In this document: one piece after another, positions 9,140-17,338 of the stretch
How the letters are laid out: each line of letters starts with the position of its first letter
Position numbering within the stretch: position 1 is the stretch's first letter
The notes under the pieces: model-generated
Told to the model about the DNA's origin: nothing
What the model saw: the letters and a program-made list of their open reading frames with translations, nothing else
The model's database searches: none
Translations under genes and position numbers: made by a program
NCBI GenBank assembly: GCA_964503465.1
Contig: CAZCYZ010000002.1
Coordinates: 6,995 to 70,994, forward strand
Length of the DNA stretch: 64,000 nt
From: an uncultured Gammaproteobacteria bacterium
Lineage (GTDB): Bacteria > Patescibacteriota > Microgenomatia > UBA12405
Direction: 5' to 3'

Positions 9140-9601
9140 ATGATTATGATTCAAAATATAAATTACTCAAAAAAGGTTTTAAAACATTTTAGGAATCCCC
9201 ATAACCTGGGAAAGATTGCCAATGCCAGTGGAACAGGGGAGGTGGGGAACATGGCTTGTGGCGATGTGATGAAGTTGTATATTAAGGTGAAGGATGGGGT
9301 AATTACTGGGGTGAAATTTGAAACTTATGGTTGTGCGGCGGCGATTGCCACTAGTAGCGTGATTACTGATATGGTCAAAGGGAAAACGATTGAAGAGGCA
9401 TTGGAGTTGACCAACCAAGATGTGATTGAATCACTTGAAGGTTTGCCGCCGGTAAAGATCCATTGTTCACTACTGTCGGTGGATGCTTTGTCGGAGGCGA
9501 TTTATGATTATTTGCGAGAAAACAAATTGGAGATACCAAAAGACTTGGAGTTGAGACACAAAAGAATTGTGACTTTGGCAAAAGAAGACCATCATCATTA
9601 G
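9140..9601 (+). CDS. iscU: Fe-S scaffold IscU/NifU
   Basis: YSKKVLKHF.NPHN.G, GNMACGD, TYGCAAAIA, LPPVKIHCS. Confidence 0.95.
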   Translation: MIMIQNINYSKKVLKHFRNPHNLGKIANASGTGEVGNMACGDVMKLYIKVKDGVITGVKFETYGCAAAIATSSVITDMVKGKTIEEALELTNQDVIESLEGLPPVKIHCSLLSVDALSEAIYDYLRENKLEIPKDLELRHKRIVTLAKEDHHH

Positions 9602-9904
9602 ATGCTAGAATCAGTAATGGAGAAGAAGGGCATTAGAATAATTAGAGAATTAGTAGTGCCAGTTGATCCAGAAGAGGATTTTGGGGCTCCTTGGTATGGA
9701 GAATATGGTGGTTATAAAGTGGTTGATGTAAGACGGCATCAAGGTGTCAGGGGTAGGTTACCCTTTGGACTGGGTCAATATGAAGGCGCCTCGTACGGAA
9801 TGGGTGGAATGTCACTGGCAGAAGCAATAAGAACGGCCGAGCAGTGTGCTGATGATGCGCTGGGGACGATGACAGTTCGTCCAGTTAGGCCGAGTCTTTG
9901 GTAG
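9602..9904 (+). CDS. Hypothetical protein
   Basis: 100-aa ORF abutting iscU on the same strand. Confidence 0.5.
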   Translation: MLESVMEKKGIRIIRELVVPVDPEEDFGAPWYGEYGGYKVVDVRRHQGVRGRLPFGLGQYEGASYGMGGMSLAEAIRTAEQCADDALGTMTVRPVRPSLW

Positions 9905-9912
9905 AATTGGTC

Positions 9913-10578
9913 ATGAAGGTAATTTGTTTTGATCGGGATGGAGTGGTGGTTAAAAGAGGAACTTGGTGGGATAGGGGGGAAATCAAGACCTATGAGATAG
10001 AGGATAGAGTTAAGGAAAAGATAGCGAAATTGTGTAAAGGATATTTTGTGTGTGTCACCAGTGGAAGAAGTATTGAGTTTTTGGAATCTGAGTGGAAGGA
10101 TTTGATGGGGGAAAAATTTGCGGTTCACGGGGAAATTGGAAATTTGATTAAATATGATGGTGGTCTGTGGGAGGAAGAGTGGAGCGAAGAGGAAACGAGG
10201 TTACTAGAGAACATTAGACAACAATGGAGTATGTTGCGAGATGGGAGAATAAATGGCTTTGAACCAAAGCGAAAAATTGTAACGATGCACTGTAGTCGGA
10301 GGGTAGAAGAGGCAGAAAAGATGGTAACCGATGAAAGGCTTTATTGTTGGTGGAATGAGGAGGCCTATGATGTGGGACTAAAAAGGATTACCAAGTTAAC
10401 AGGAATTAAAAAATGGGCTGAAATGTTGGGGATAGATTTGAGTGAAGTGATAATGGTGGGGCATGGAATTAATGACCAGGGGGCAATGGGAGGAGTTGGG
10501 AAGACCATAAGTGTAGCCGAGAACGAGGAGATTGGGGGAGAAAGAACAATGGATGAGTTGCTGGAACTGATAAAATAG
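9913..10578 (+). CDS. HAD-superfamily hydrolase (subfamily IIB-like)
   Basis: FDRDG (DxD), TSGR, K, and GHGIND (motif IV variant). Confidence 0.78.
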   Translation: MKVICFDRDGVVVKRGTWWDRGEIKTYEIEDRVKEKIAKLCKGYFVCVTSGRSIEFLESEWKDLMGEKFAVHGEIGNLIKYDGGLWEEEWSEEETRLLENIRQQWSMLRDGRINGFEPKRKIVTMHCSRRVEEAEKMVTDERLYCWWNEEAYDVGLKRITKLTGIKKWAEMLGIDLSEVIMVGHGINDQGAMGGVGKTISVAENEEIGGERTMDELLELIK

Positions 10579-10585
10579 TCTTGTT

Positions 10586-10659
10586 GCCTGAGTAGCTCAG
10601 TTGGTCAGAGCGCATGTTTTGTAAACATGATGTCGTGGGTCCGAATCCCACCTCAGGCT
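10586..10659 (+). tRNA. tRNA-Thr(TGT)
   Basis: GCCTGAG-TAGCTCAGTTGGTCAGAGC-G-CATGT-TTTGTAA-ACATG...GTGGG-TCCGAAT-CCCAC-CTCAGGC-T. Confidence 0.93.
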
Positions 10660-10663
10660 CCGA

Positions 10664-11812
10664 ATGTCTCAAAAACGAATATTAGTGCTAACCGATCATA
10701 TGCCCTGGGGACATCGGGCAATTGCCAGGGCGATTTTTGGTTACCTAAAAAAACACGAGAAGGAGGTCGACGTTAAGGTTGATTATGTCGAGGTTGACCC
10801 AAGATTGGGGTTAGCAAATGACTTTTATACTTTTGCGTACAGGCTGATTCCGTCAACTAATCGGGTATCCCACAAACTGATGAATTATCGGATTTTAAGA
10901 GATTTGTTGTTGGAGACCACAGTACGTGATATGGCCGGACTCAAAAAGGTGATTGGAAAGTATAAACCCGACCTAGTTATTAGCTGTTATTTTTTCCATA
11001 GTATTGCCTTGGCTAAGTTAAAGGCAGAAGTCGAGACTAAATATAAGTTGTGGACAATAGTGGCCGATCCATGGTCGATTAATCCGATATCTTTTGTTAA
11101 AGAGGCTGATTTGAACTTGGTTTATGATGAGGTGGGAATAAAAGAGGGATTAAAACAGGGAGTGAGAAAGGATAGGTTGGTGGCAACTGGCTGGTGGACT
11201 AGGGAGGAAATGTGGCAGCAATATGACCGAGTGGCAGTAAGAAAAAAATTGGGATTCAAGGATGACAGGCCGATAATATTTGTGGGCGGGGGAAGCTTGG
11301 GAACGAGTTCGTTGCCTCGGGTGTTGGCGGCGTTGATGTTGGTTAAAAGTCCGGTAGGTTTGATTATTAACACTGGAACGGATAAGTTGAGTTACAACTT
11401 GGTGGAAGAATATATACGGTTGTTCAAAAGGATTAGGACTAATGATTTGGTCTGGGTCAAAAATATGGGATGGATCGATAATATGGGGGAAGTACTGGCG
11501 GCAAGTGATATTGTTTTTGGTAAGGCGGGACCAAATTTTTTGTTTGATGTAGTAGCGGCAAAAAAGCCGTTTGTGGCAATTACTCATATTGGAGGACAGG
11601 AAGATGGCAATATTGACATAATTAAGAAGAAAAAATTGGGTTGGGTGAAGGAAAATAAGTGGGAGATATCGGAGTTTATGTTGGCTTATTTAAAGAAACC
11701 TGAATGGTATCACCAGCGTTTTGAGGAATCGATTAAGAGGGAGGCGGAAAGGAATATGGACTGTTGGCCGACGATGTTGGAATTGGTGAAAAAATACCTA
11801 CCAAAAGGTTGA
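10664..11812 (+). CDS. GT28 glycosyltransferase (MGDG synthase/UgtP-like)
   Basis: GH.A.A.A N-terminus, GGGSLG, GWIDNM.EVLAASDIVFGKAGP, GQEDGN. Confidence 0.85.
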   Translation: MSQKRILVLTDHMPWGHRAIARAIFGYLKKHEKEVDVKVDYVEVDPRLGLANDFYTFAYRLIPSTNRVSHKLMNYRILRDLLLETTVRDMAGLKKVIGKYKPDLVISCYFFHSIALAKLKAEVETKYKLWTIVADPWSINPISFVKEADLNLVYDEVGIKEGLKQGVRKDRLVATGWWTREEMWQQYDRVAVRKKLGFKDDRPIIFVGGGSLGTSSLPRVLAALMLVKSPVGLIINTGTDKLSYNLVEEYIRLFKRIRTNDLVWVKNMGWIDNMGEVLAASDIVFGKAGPNFLFDVVAAKKPFVAITHIGGQEDGNIDIIKKKKLGWVKENKWEISEFMLAYLKKPEWYHQRFEESIKREAERNMDCWPTMLELVKKYLPKG

Positions 11813-11936
11813 CTTCGATAGAGGCTTTTCCACGCTACGAAACGTGGCGGAAAGCTATCTTGGTAAAACACGTGGGCTTACCAAAAACGCGCTTTCCTTA
11901 GAAAGAAGGTTAGCTAGAAAAAACACCTTCTCAAAG

Positions 11937-11959
11937 ATCCTTTTGGTAGGATATATAAT
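11937..11959 (+). promoter_or_regulatory. Palindrome next to the -10 box of the Rrf2 gene (candidate autoregulatory operator)
   Basis: ATCCT-N6-AGGAT immediately followed by TATAAT, 6 nt before ATG 11966. Confidence 0.45.
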
Positions 11960-11965
11960 TCTATC

Positions 11966-12352
11966 ATGATTTCGATTCCAAAAAAGATTGAATACTCGTT
12001 GGAACTGATAGCATATTTGTCAAAAAATGAGGGTCGGTTGGTGTCACTATCAAAGGCGGCAGAAGTGTTGAAATTGCCCTACAGATTTTTGGGGCAGTTG
12101 GCTATTCCTCTAAAGAAAGCGGGAATAATTGAAGGGAAGGAAGGAAAGAGCGGAGGTTATAATTTGACTGGCAGGTGGGGGGAGAAAAGTGTTTACGATG
12201 TGGTGGAGGCCTTGGGAGAAAATAGGAAGTTAGTAAAATGTTTGGGAGGGGATTGTGTGCGAAGTCATATTTGTCGAATGGGGAAGGTTTGGCGAAGAGT
12301 GGAGGAGAGTTTTATTAATGAGTTAAAAAAGATAAAACTACAAGATCTATGA
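11966..12352 (+). CDS. Rrf2-family transcriptional regulator
   Basis: K.EYSL...AYL, LP.RFL.QL...LKKAGII...EGKSGGY.L, three C-terminal Cys (C..C..C). Confidence 0.9.
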   Translation: MISIPKKIEYSLELIAYLSKNEGRLVSLSKAAEVLKLPYRFLGQLAIPLKKAGIIEGKEGKSGGYNLTGRWGEKSVYDVVEALGENRKLVKCLGGDCVRSHICRMGKVWRRVEESFINELKKIKLQDL

Positions 12353-12549
12353 TTACAAAAAAAACATTATTGGCGGAGATTGTGGAAAAATACCCGAAAG
12401 CGGCGGAGGAGCTGGTGTTTAAATATGGTTTTCATTGCATTGGCTGTGGGGCAGCAGCGATGGAGACTTTGGAGCAGGGGGCGATGGTTCATGGAATGAC
12501 AACAAAAGAGGTGGAGAAACTGGTGAAGAAACTTAATTCCCTGATTTAG
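12349..12549 (+). CDS. DUF1858-domain protein
   Basis: ITK...LAEIVEKYP..AE....GFHCIGC.AA..ETLEQGA.VHG. Confidence 0.85.
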   Translation: MITKKTLLAEIVEKYPKAAEELVFKYGFHCIGCGAAAMETLEQGAMVHGMTTKEVEKLVKKLNSLI

Positions 12550-12700
12550 GACAAATACAGTTGCAAACTGGGGCGGTAGTTTTGGCGCCAAGAACTTGGG
12601 AGCCAGAGCGGGAGATAAGACCAACCCCTTGGATAATGGCCAAAGAAAATAGAGCGATGACCAGAACGGTCATTAACGGTTGGTTTCCTGATTCGTTCAT
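12533..12700 (-). CDS. Small membrane-anchored protein with QVLGA and CxCxC
   Basis: MNESGNQPLMTVLVIALFSLAIIQGVGLISRSGSQVLGAKTTAPVCNCICPKSGN; follows the M50 protease gene. Confidence 0.55.
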   Translation of the reverse strand: MNESGNQPLMTVLVIALFSLAIIQGVGLISRSGSQVLGAKTTAPVCNCICPKSGN

Positions 12701-12731
12701 AGAATAATAATGAACTTTGAGAGATTGGTTG

Positions 12732-13331
12732 TCAAACAATTGGAGCCAGAAAAAGACGAAGGATGAAGTTGATGATAGGACTAATAATGAGGGTAACAAT
12801 ATTGGAACCACCAATTGGAAGAAAGAGAAGAACAGCCAAAAGGTAATAGCCATAGCGGGCGAAGGCCCGATCCCACTCGATAGATTGTTCTGGTGGCAGA
12901 AGGTTTAAAAAGATTTTGGAACCATCAAGCGGGGGGACGGGAAGGAGATTGAAAACTGCCAGGGAAACATTGACAGAGATAAGAATGTAATAAATAGAAT
13001 AGGGAATATTTATAGGTAAGAAACGCCAAATAAGTGAAGTTATGAGAGCCAAAATCAGGTTGCTACCTGGTCCAGCAAGAGAAACTAAAAATTCGTCGCG
13101 ACGAGGAAAACGGAAATTGTAGGGATCAATTGGGACTGGTTTGCCCCAGCCAATACCGGCGAAAATGAGCATAATAGTACCGAGAGGATCAAGATGTTTG
13201 AGAGGATTGAGGCTGAGACGATCATTGGCCCGAGGAGTGGGATCACCCAGACGATCGGCAGCAAAAGCATGGGCAAACTCGTGAATAGTAATGGCGACAA
13301 TTAGGGCCAGGAAGGACAAGATGGAAAGCAT
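12732..13331 (-). CDS. Site-2 protease (M50 family)
   Basis: HEFAH, LGDPT, VSLAGPGSN, FNLLPVPPLDG. Confidence 0.93.
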   Translation of the reverse strand: MLSILSFLALIVAITIHEFAHAFAADRLGDPTPRANDRLSLNPLKHLDPLGTIMLIFAGIGWGKPVPIDPYNFRFPRRDEFLVSLAGPGSNLILALITSLIWRFLPINIPYSIYYILISVNVSLAVFNLLPVPPLDGSKIFLNLLPPEQSIEWDRAFARYGYYLLAVLLFLPIGGSNIVTLIISPIINFILRLFLAPIV

Positions 13332-13380
13332 CAAAAATTCAAAATTTTAAATTAAAAATTGATATGGTATAGTATAGCCT

Positions 13381-13563
13381 ATGAAAAGAAGCTGTGATTT
13401 GTGCAGTAAAGGGACCAAAATAGGGCGAAATCGGTCACACGCCCAAAACAGAACTGCAAGGACTTTTGGGGCTAATGTTCAAAAAGTGAGTATGACGATT
13501 GGGGAGGACAAAATCTCGGGGAATTTTTGTACCAAGTGTATTAAGAAACTAAAGAAAGCTTGA
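13381..13563 (+). CDS. rpmB: 50S ribosomal protein L28
   Basis: CDLCSKG...G.NRSHAQNRT.RTF.ANVQ...CTKCIK. Confidence 0.93.
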   Translation: MKRSCDLCSKGTKIGRNRSHAQNRTARTFGANVQKVSMTIGEDKISGNFCTKCIKKLKKA

Positions 13564-13575
13564 TTTGAAAGGGAT

Positions 13576-13662
13576 GGCACATTGGTTCGTAACAATTTTT
13601 TCGCTCCTGTCAAATACGTGACCGTGTTGAACGGATCGAAAAAATATTACTTCACCTGTGCC
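13576..13662. repeat. Intergenic palindromic element, family A-like, between convergent rpmB and fmt
   Basis: GGCACA/TGTGCC outer arms; GTAA..TTTTTTCG / CGAAAAAA..TTAC inner arms. Confidence 0.6.
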
Positions 13663-13668
13663 TCGTTT

Positions 13669-14505
13669 TTAGGTCAAGTTGTTTTTGATTTGATCCCAAA
13701 GGATTGGAGTTTTGCCTTCGAGCTGAACGGTAAGAGGGTTGATGGCGATGATTTTGAGACGTCGGTGGTTGGGGGTGGTGGTCCAAACTCCGGGCCAGGG
13801 GTGAAGAGCACGATAGAGAGTGTTGAGCTGGGGAGCAAAGTGTGGGTCAAGGAAATTGGCCCAAGTGACAAAACCGTCGTCACGGGTTAATTGGCGAGCA
13901 TAGGTTGGATCGTTGACTGTTGGTCGTCGAGTTTGAGGGATGGGGGTGATTTGGTTAATTTTAGGAAGAGTGTCGATAATTAAATCGGCACTAAGGCGGT
14001 AGAGTTTGTCATAAAGAGTTTGGCGAGTATCAGTGGGGGTAATGGGAATGGTGGATTGGGTCAGGATATCCCCCTGATCGAATTTGGCCGACATTTTGAT
14101 AAGAGTGACTCCAGTCTTGGATTCGCCTTTTAAAATGGCCCATTCAGCCGGGAAACGGCCGGCATAATCGGGAAGAAGTGATTGATGAGCATTAAGAGAG
14201 GTGTTGAGGGGAAACTCAAGCCATGTTTTTGGGATTAACCGGCCAAAACCTGCAACGATAATAAAATCAGGTCGGTCTAGTTTCGGGGGGATAGTGTCAA
14301 GGTTTTCCAGGGGGAACACTGGTAATTGATGGTCAAGACAATATTGGTGAACAGCGGTGGGGGTGATAATCCCACGGTCGCCGGGACGGGGAGGGGTAGT
14401 CACCACGGCGATAATTTTAATGTTGGGGGAATGGTGAAGAGCCTCAAGAGTAAGAACCGAGTAGTGCTGGAAGGAGCCAAAAAATATGATATGGCTAATT
14501 GACAT
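13669..14505 (-). CDS. fmt: Methionyl-tRNA formyltransferase
   Basis: IIFFGS, VVT.P.RP..RG, VAGFGRLIP, LNAHQSLLP.Y.G..P..WAI.KGE..TGVT, D.GDI, RALHPWPG. Confidence 0.93.
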   Translation of the reverse strand: MSISHIIFFGSFQHYSVLTLEALHHSPNIKIIAVVTTPPRPGDRGIITPTAVHQYCLDHQLPVFPLENLDTIPPKLDRPDFIIVAGFGRLIPKTWLEFPLNTSLNAHQSLLPDYAGRFPAEWAILKGESKTGVTLIKMSAKFDQGDILTQSTIPITPTDTRQTLYDKLYRLSADLIIDTLPKINQITPIPQTRRPTVNDPTYARQLTRDDGFVTWANFLDPHFAPQLNTLYRALHPWPGVWTTTPNHRRLKIIAINPLTVQLEGKTPILWDQIKNNLT

Positions 14506-14566
14506 TGGTATTTGGTTTTGTTTCAATAAATTTGGTATCGTTATGTATTATATTTTAAATTAAATA

Positions 14567-14833
14567 ATGTTTGCTAAAAAAGAAAGTAAAAGTTGGCTAG
14601 AGAAGAATGGGGCTATTATGGTTATTATTTTGATGTCGGTGACTATAGTGGCAGGTTTGGTATTGGTAAGTAGAAATCAAGATATTCGAGACGAGGCGGC
14701 GGGGAAAAAGCCCGGTAGTGGTATTCAACAAGGTGGTGTTGGTTCTGGTGGTGGGAAAAAACCTGGTAGTGATGTGCAACAGCAGGATAGTGTTCGGCAA
14801 ACCAAGAAACCACGAAGTAGCAACCAGCAGTAA
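14567..14833 (+). CDS. Small membrane-anchored low-complexity protein
   Basis: Single TM followed by NQDIRDEAA and a duplicated GKKPGS..QQ motif. Confidence 0.65.
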   Translation: MFAKKESKSWLEKNGAIMVIILMSVTIVAGLVLVSRNQDIRDEAAGKKPGSGIQQGGVGSGGGKKPGSDVQQQDSVRQTKKPRSSNQQ

Positions 14834-14862
14834 CTAACGTCTTGGCTTTGATATAATTTGGA

Positions 14863-15420
14863 GTGAGAAAAATCGTTCTATACCCTGATTCTGTGTTAAG
14901 ACAGAAGTCGGACAAGGTGGAGGCGGTGGACGATCAGTTGTTAGCCGAAATTGAGGAAATAAGAACGATGTTGGAGGACAAGGATAATGGGGCTGGGTTG
15001 GCGGCGCCGCAGGTGGGGATATTGAAACGTTTTTTTGTAACCAAGGAGATGAAGAGTCGGAAGGCGGTGACGATGATAAATCCAGAAATAATAGCTGGTG
15101 TGGGTGAGAAAACTTTTCCAGTAATTAGATTGGAAAAAGGGGGAGAGGAGAATTTTTTGGAGGGCTGTTTGTCGTTTCCGGGTATTTGGGGAACAGCCAA
15201 AAGATACCTAAGGATTGAAGCTAAATGGGAGGTGATAAAAAGAGGAAAATTAGTTGAAATAAGAAAAACATTGGTTGGATTTGAGGCAATTGTGTTTCAA
15301 CATGAGACAGATCATCTGGATGGGGCGCTTTTTGTTGATCGAATCAAAGAAAGTGATGGAAAACTATACCGACAAACGGGGGAGAAAATGGAGGAAATAT
15401 CAATTGGGGATTTTGTTTAA
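14863..15420 (+). CDS. def: Peptide deformylase
   Basis: GAGLAAPQVG, EGCLS, QHETDHLDG. Confidence 0.96.
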   Translation: MRKIVLYPDSVLRQKSDKVEAVDDQLLAEIEEIRTMLEDKDNGAGLAAPQVGILKRFFVTKEMKSRKAVTMINPEIIAGVGEKTFPVIRLEKGGEENFLEGCLSFPGIWGTAKRYLRIEAKWEVIKRGKLVEIRKTLVGFEAIVFQHETDHLDGALFVDRIKESDGKLYRQTGEKMEEISIGDFV

Positions 15421-17313
15421 AAATTCTTTGGCGTCGGAGTTAGTAGGAGCAAGTTCCAGGACTTTGGTGAAAGCGGTTTTGGCAGATGGGTAATCCTTGG
15501 CGTTAAAATATAGTCGACCCAGGGCAAAATAAGCGTGATCGTAGTTGGGTTTGAGAATGGTGGCTTGTTGGTAGAATTTGATGGACTCGGCAGTTTGACC
15601 ACCAGATTCGAAAAATTGTCCGAGGAGGAAAAAGGTTCTGGCATCAGTGGGGGCCAGGGTGGCAGTTTTGACTAGGGTGTCGATGGCGGTGGCAAGATAT
15701 TTAGAATCGATGGCGGAAAGATAGTAAAAGACCTGAGCTCGCTGTTTTAAAAGATTGGTGTTGGCGGGACTAAGGCTGGTAGCAGCATCGGAGTATGAAA
15801 TGGCGGCAGAAACGTACTGAGAATCTTTGGTGGTAAGAGCCAACTCGGAGGCGATGGTGGCCGCTTGAGACAAATAGATAGGCTCGTTGAGGCGGTAGCC
15901 AAGACTTAGCTTAATTTGGTTGTAGGCTAATTGGAGAAGTTTGGCGGTGTCGTATTTTTCTGATTGAGAGTAAGTGATGTCGGCTAGATAATAAAACAAA
16001 ATTTTGGAGGAGAAATAGAAAAAGAAAAGAATTAGAGCTAGTTTATAGATAAAAGATTTTTTGGTAGTAGATTGGTGAGTGACGGGAGAGATTGACAGTG
16101 TGGGGAGAAGAAAAAAATAGATGGAAGTAATGACCACCGAGAAACCGGTAGCATTGGTAATGAGGATTGACAGAAACGAGATTAGTAATCTGTAATCGGT
16201 GAAGAGTAGTTTTAGAATTAGAACAATTAAAACCAAATAGGTGATGAGGCCAAAAAGGCCGGTGGTAGCAAGATAATTTAGGTATTCGTTGTGGGCTTTG
16301 TTGTAAAGGAAATCCCATTCAGAGGTAAGGTTGTGAGCAGCCGGACGGGTCCAATAATAGCTATAGGCGAAGGTTTCGGGGCCGGTGCCAATTAGAGGGA
16401 ATTTTTTCCAGAGATTAATAGCTCCGGTCCAAACAATTTTACGGATATCTTCAGAAGGAGTAATGTTCTGTAAAACCCCCTTGTTTTCCCCCTTGACAGG
16501 GGGAACCGGGAAAATGAGGTCTTTGATTGGGTTGGGGATAGTGAGGGATAATAAGATAAGAAGAAGAATTATGAGGTATGACTTATGGTTTCTGAATAGA
16601 ATTTTGTTTTTGAAAAAAGAAATCAGGAAATAAATACCTAAGGAAATAATGGCAGCGGCTAAGCCGGTTTTGGACTTGGTAAAGAGTAAACAAAGATAAA
16701 GAACTGAAGTATGAAATATGAAATATGATTGATGAATAAAAATTTTTGAATTTAAAAATTTTTCGATAGATAAGGGGAGGAGAATACAAAGATAGGCGGC
16801 TAGCCAATTGGGTTGGCCAAGGGTGGAAAAGACTCGGGCGACGACATCCTGGGCCCAAATGTGATCATCGATACCAAAATGTTGAAGGATGCCGTAAATG
16901 GAGACAACTAGTCCGGCCAGAAGAGAGGTGTTGACGATTTTTTCCTTAAATTGATCATCAAGGTAAACGATTAGAATCCAGTAGAGGGTGGAGTAACAAA
17001 GTAGGGAAAGTAGTCCACCGTTAAGCCTTGAGTAATATCCAAAAAAAGAAGTGTGTGGATCGATAGAGAAAATAGTGGAGATAGTTTGTGAAATTAAAAA
17101 TAAGATTAGAGGGATATCAAGTGGGGTGCGGCGAAAGAGCGGGACCTGGCCATTGAAAAATTCCAAAAGGTGAAGAGTAAGGGTGGTTAGGGTAATGATA
17201 TAGACAAAATACATTTTGGGAAGTTCAAAAAGTTCAGAGTTAAAGGAGGTAAAGATTAGGGGGGTGAAGAAAAAAAGACAGAGGTAGAGGAAGCGGATGA
17301 TTTTTGAGGCCAT
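15400..17313 (-). CDS. O-antigen ligase/Wzy_C-like membrane protein with C-terminal TPRs
   Basis: Multi-TM; STLGQPNWLAAYL, R..VW, P..GTGPETF, AHNEYL; TPR repeats at the C-terminus. Confidence 0.88.
   Translation of the reverse strand: MASKIIRFLYLCLFFFTPLIFTSFNSELFELPKMYFVYIITLTTLTLHLLEFFNGQVPLFRRTPLDIPLILFLISQTISTIFSIDPHTSFFGYYSRLNGGLLSLLCYSTLYWILIVYLDDQFKEKIVNTSLLAGLVVSIYGILQHFGIDDHIWAQDVVARVFSTLGQPNWLAAYLCILLPLSIEKFLNSKIFIHQSYFIFHTSVLYLCLLFTKSKTGLAAAIISLGIYFLISFFKNKILFRNHKSYLIILLLILLSLTIPNPIKDLIFPVPPVKGENKGVLQNITPSEDIRKIVWTGAINLWKKFPLIGTGPETFAYSYYWTRPAAHNLTSEWDFLYNKAHNEYLNYLATTGLFGLITYLVLIVLILKLLFTDYRLLISFLSILITNATGFSVVITSIYFFLLPTLSISPVTHQSTTKKSFIYKLALILFFFYFSSKILFYYLADITYSQSEKYDTAKLLQLAYNQIKLSLGYRLNEPIYLSQAATIASELALTTKDSQYVSAAISYSDAATSLSPANTNLLKQRAQVFYYLSAIDSKYLATAIDTLVKTATLAPTDARTFFLLGQFFESGGQTAESIKFYQQATILKPNYDHAYFALGRLYFNAKDYPSAKTAFTKVLELAPTNSDAKEFLNKIPN
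16473..16505. repeat. Family B-like hairpin in frame in the O-antigen ligase-like gene
   Basis: AAACCCCCTT...TTCCCCCT-TGAC-AGGGGGAA, encoding VPPVKGENKGV. Confidence 0.5.
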
Positions 17314-17338
17314 GGTGATAATAGATTATAATGGGTTT

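Noticed and set aside
13582-13890. 102-aa + strand ORF, and similar short overlapping ORFs across the window
   Set aside because: Antisense to well-supported genes (here fmt) or running through palindromic elements; treated as spurious.
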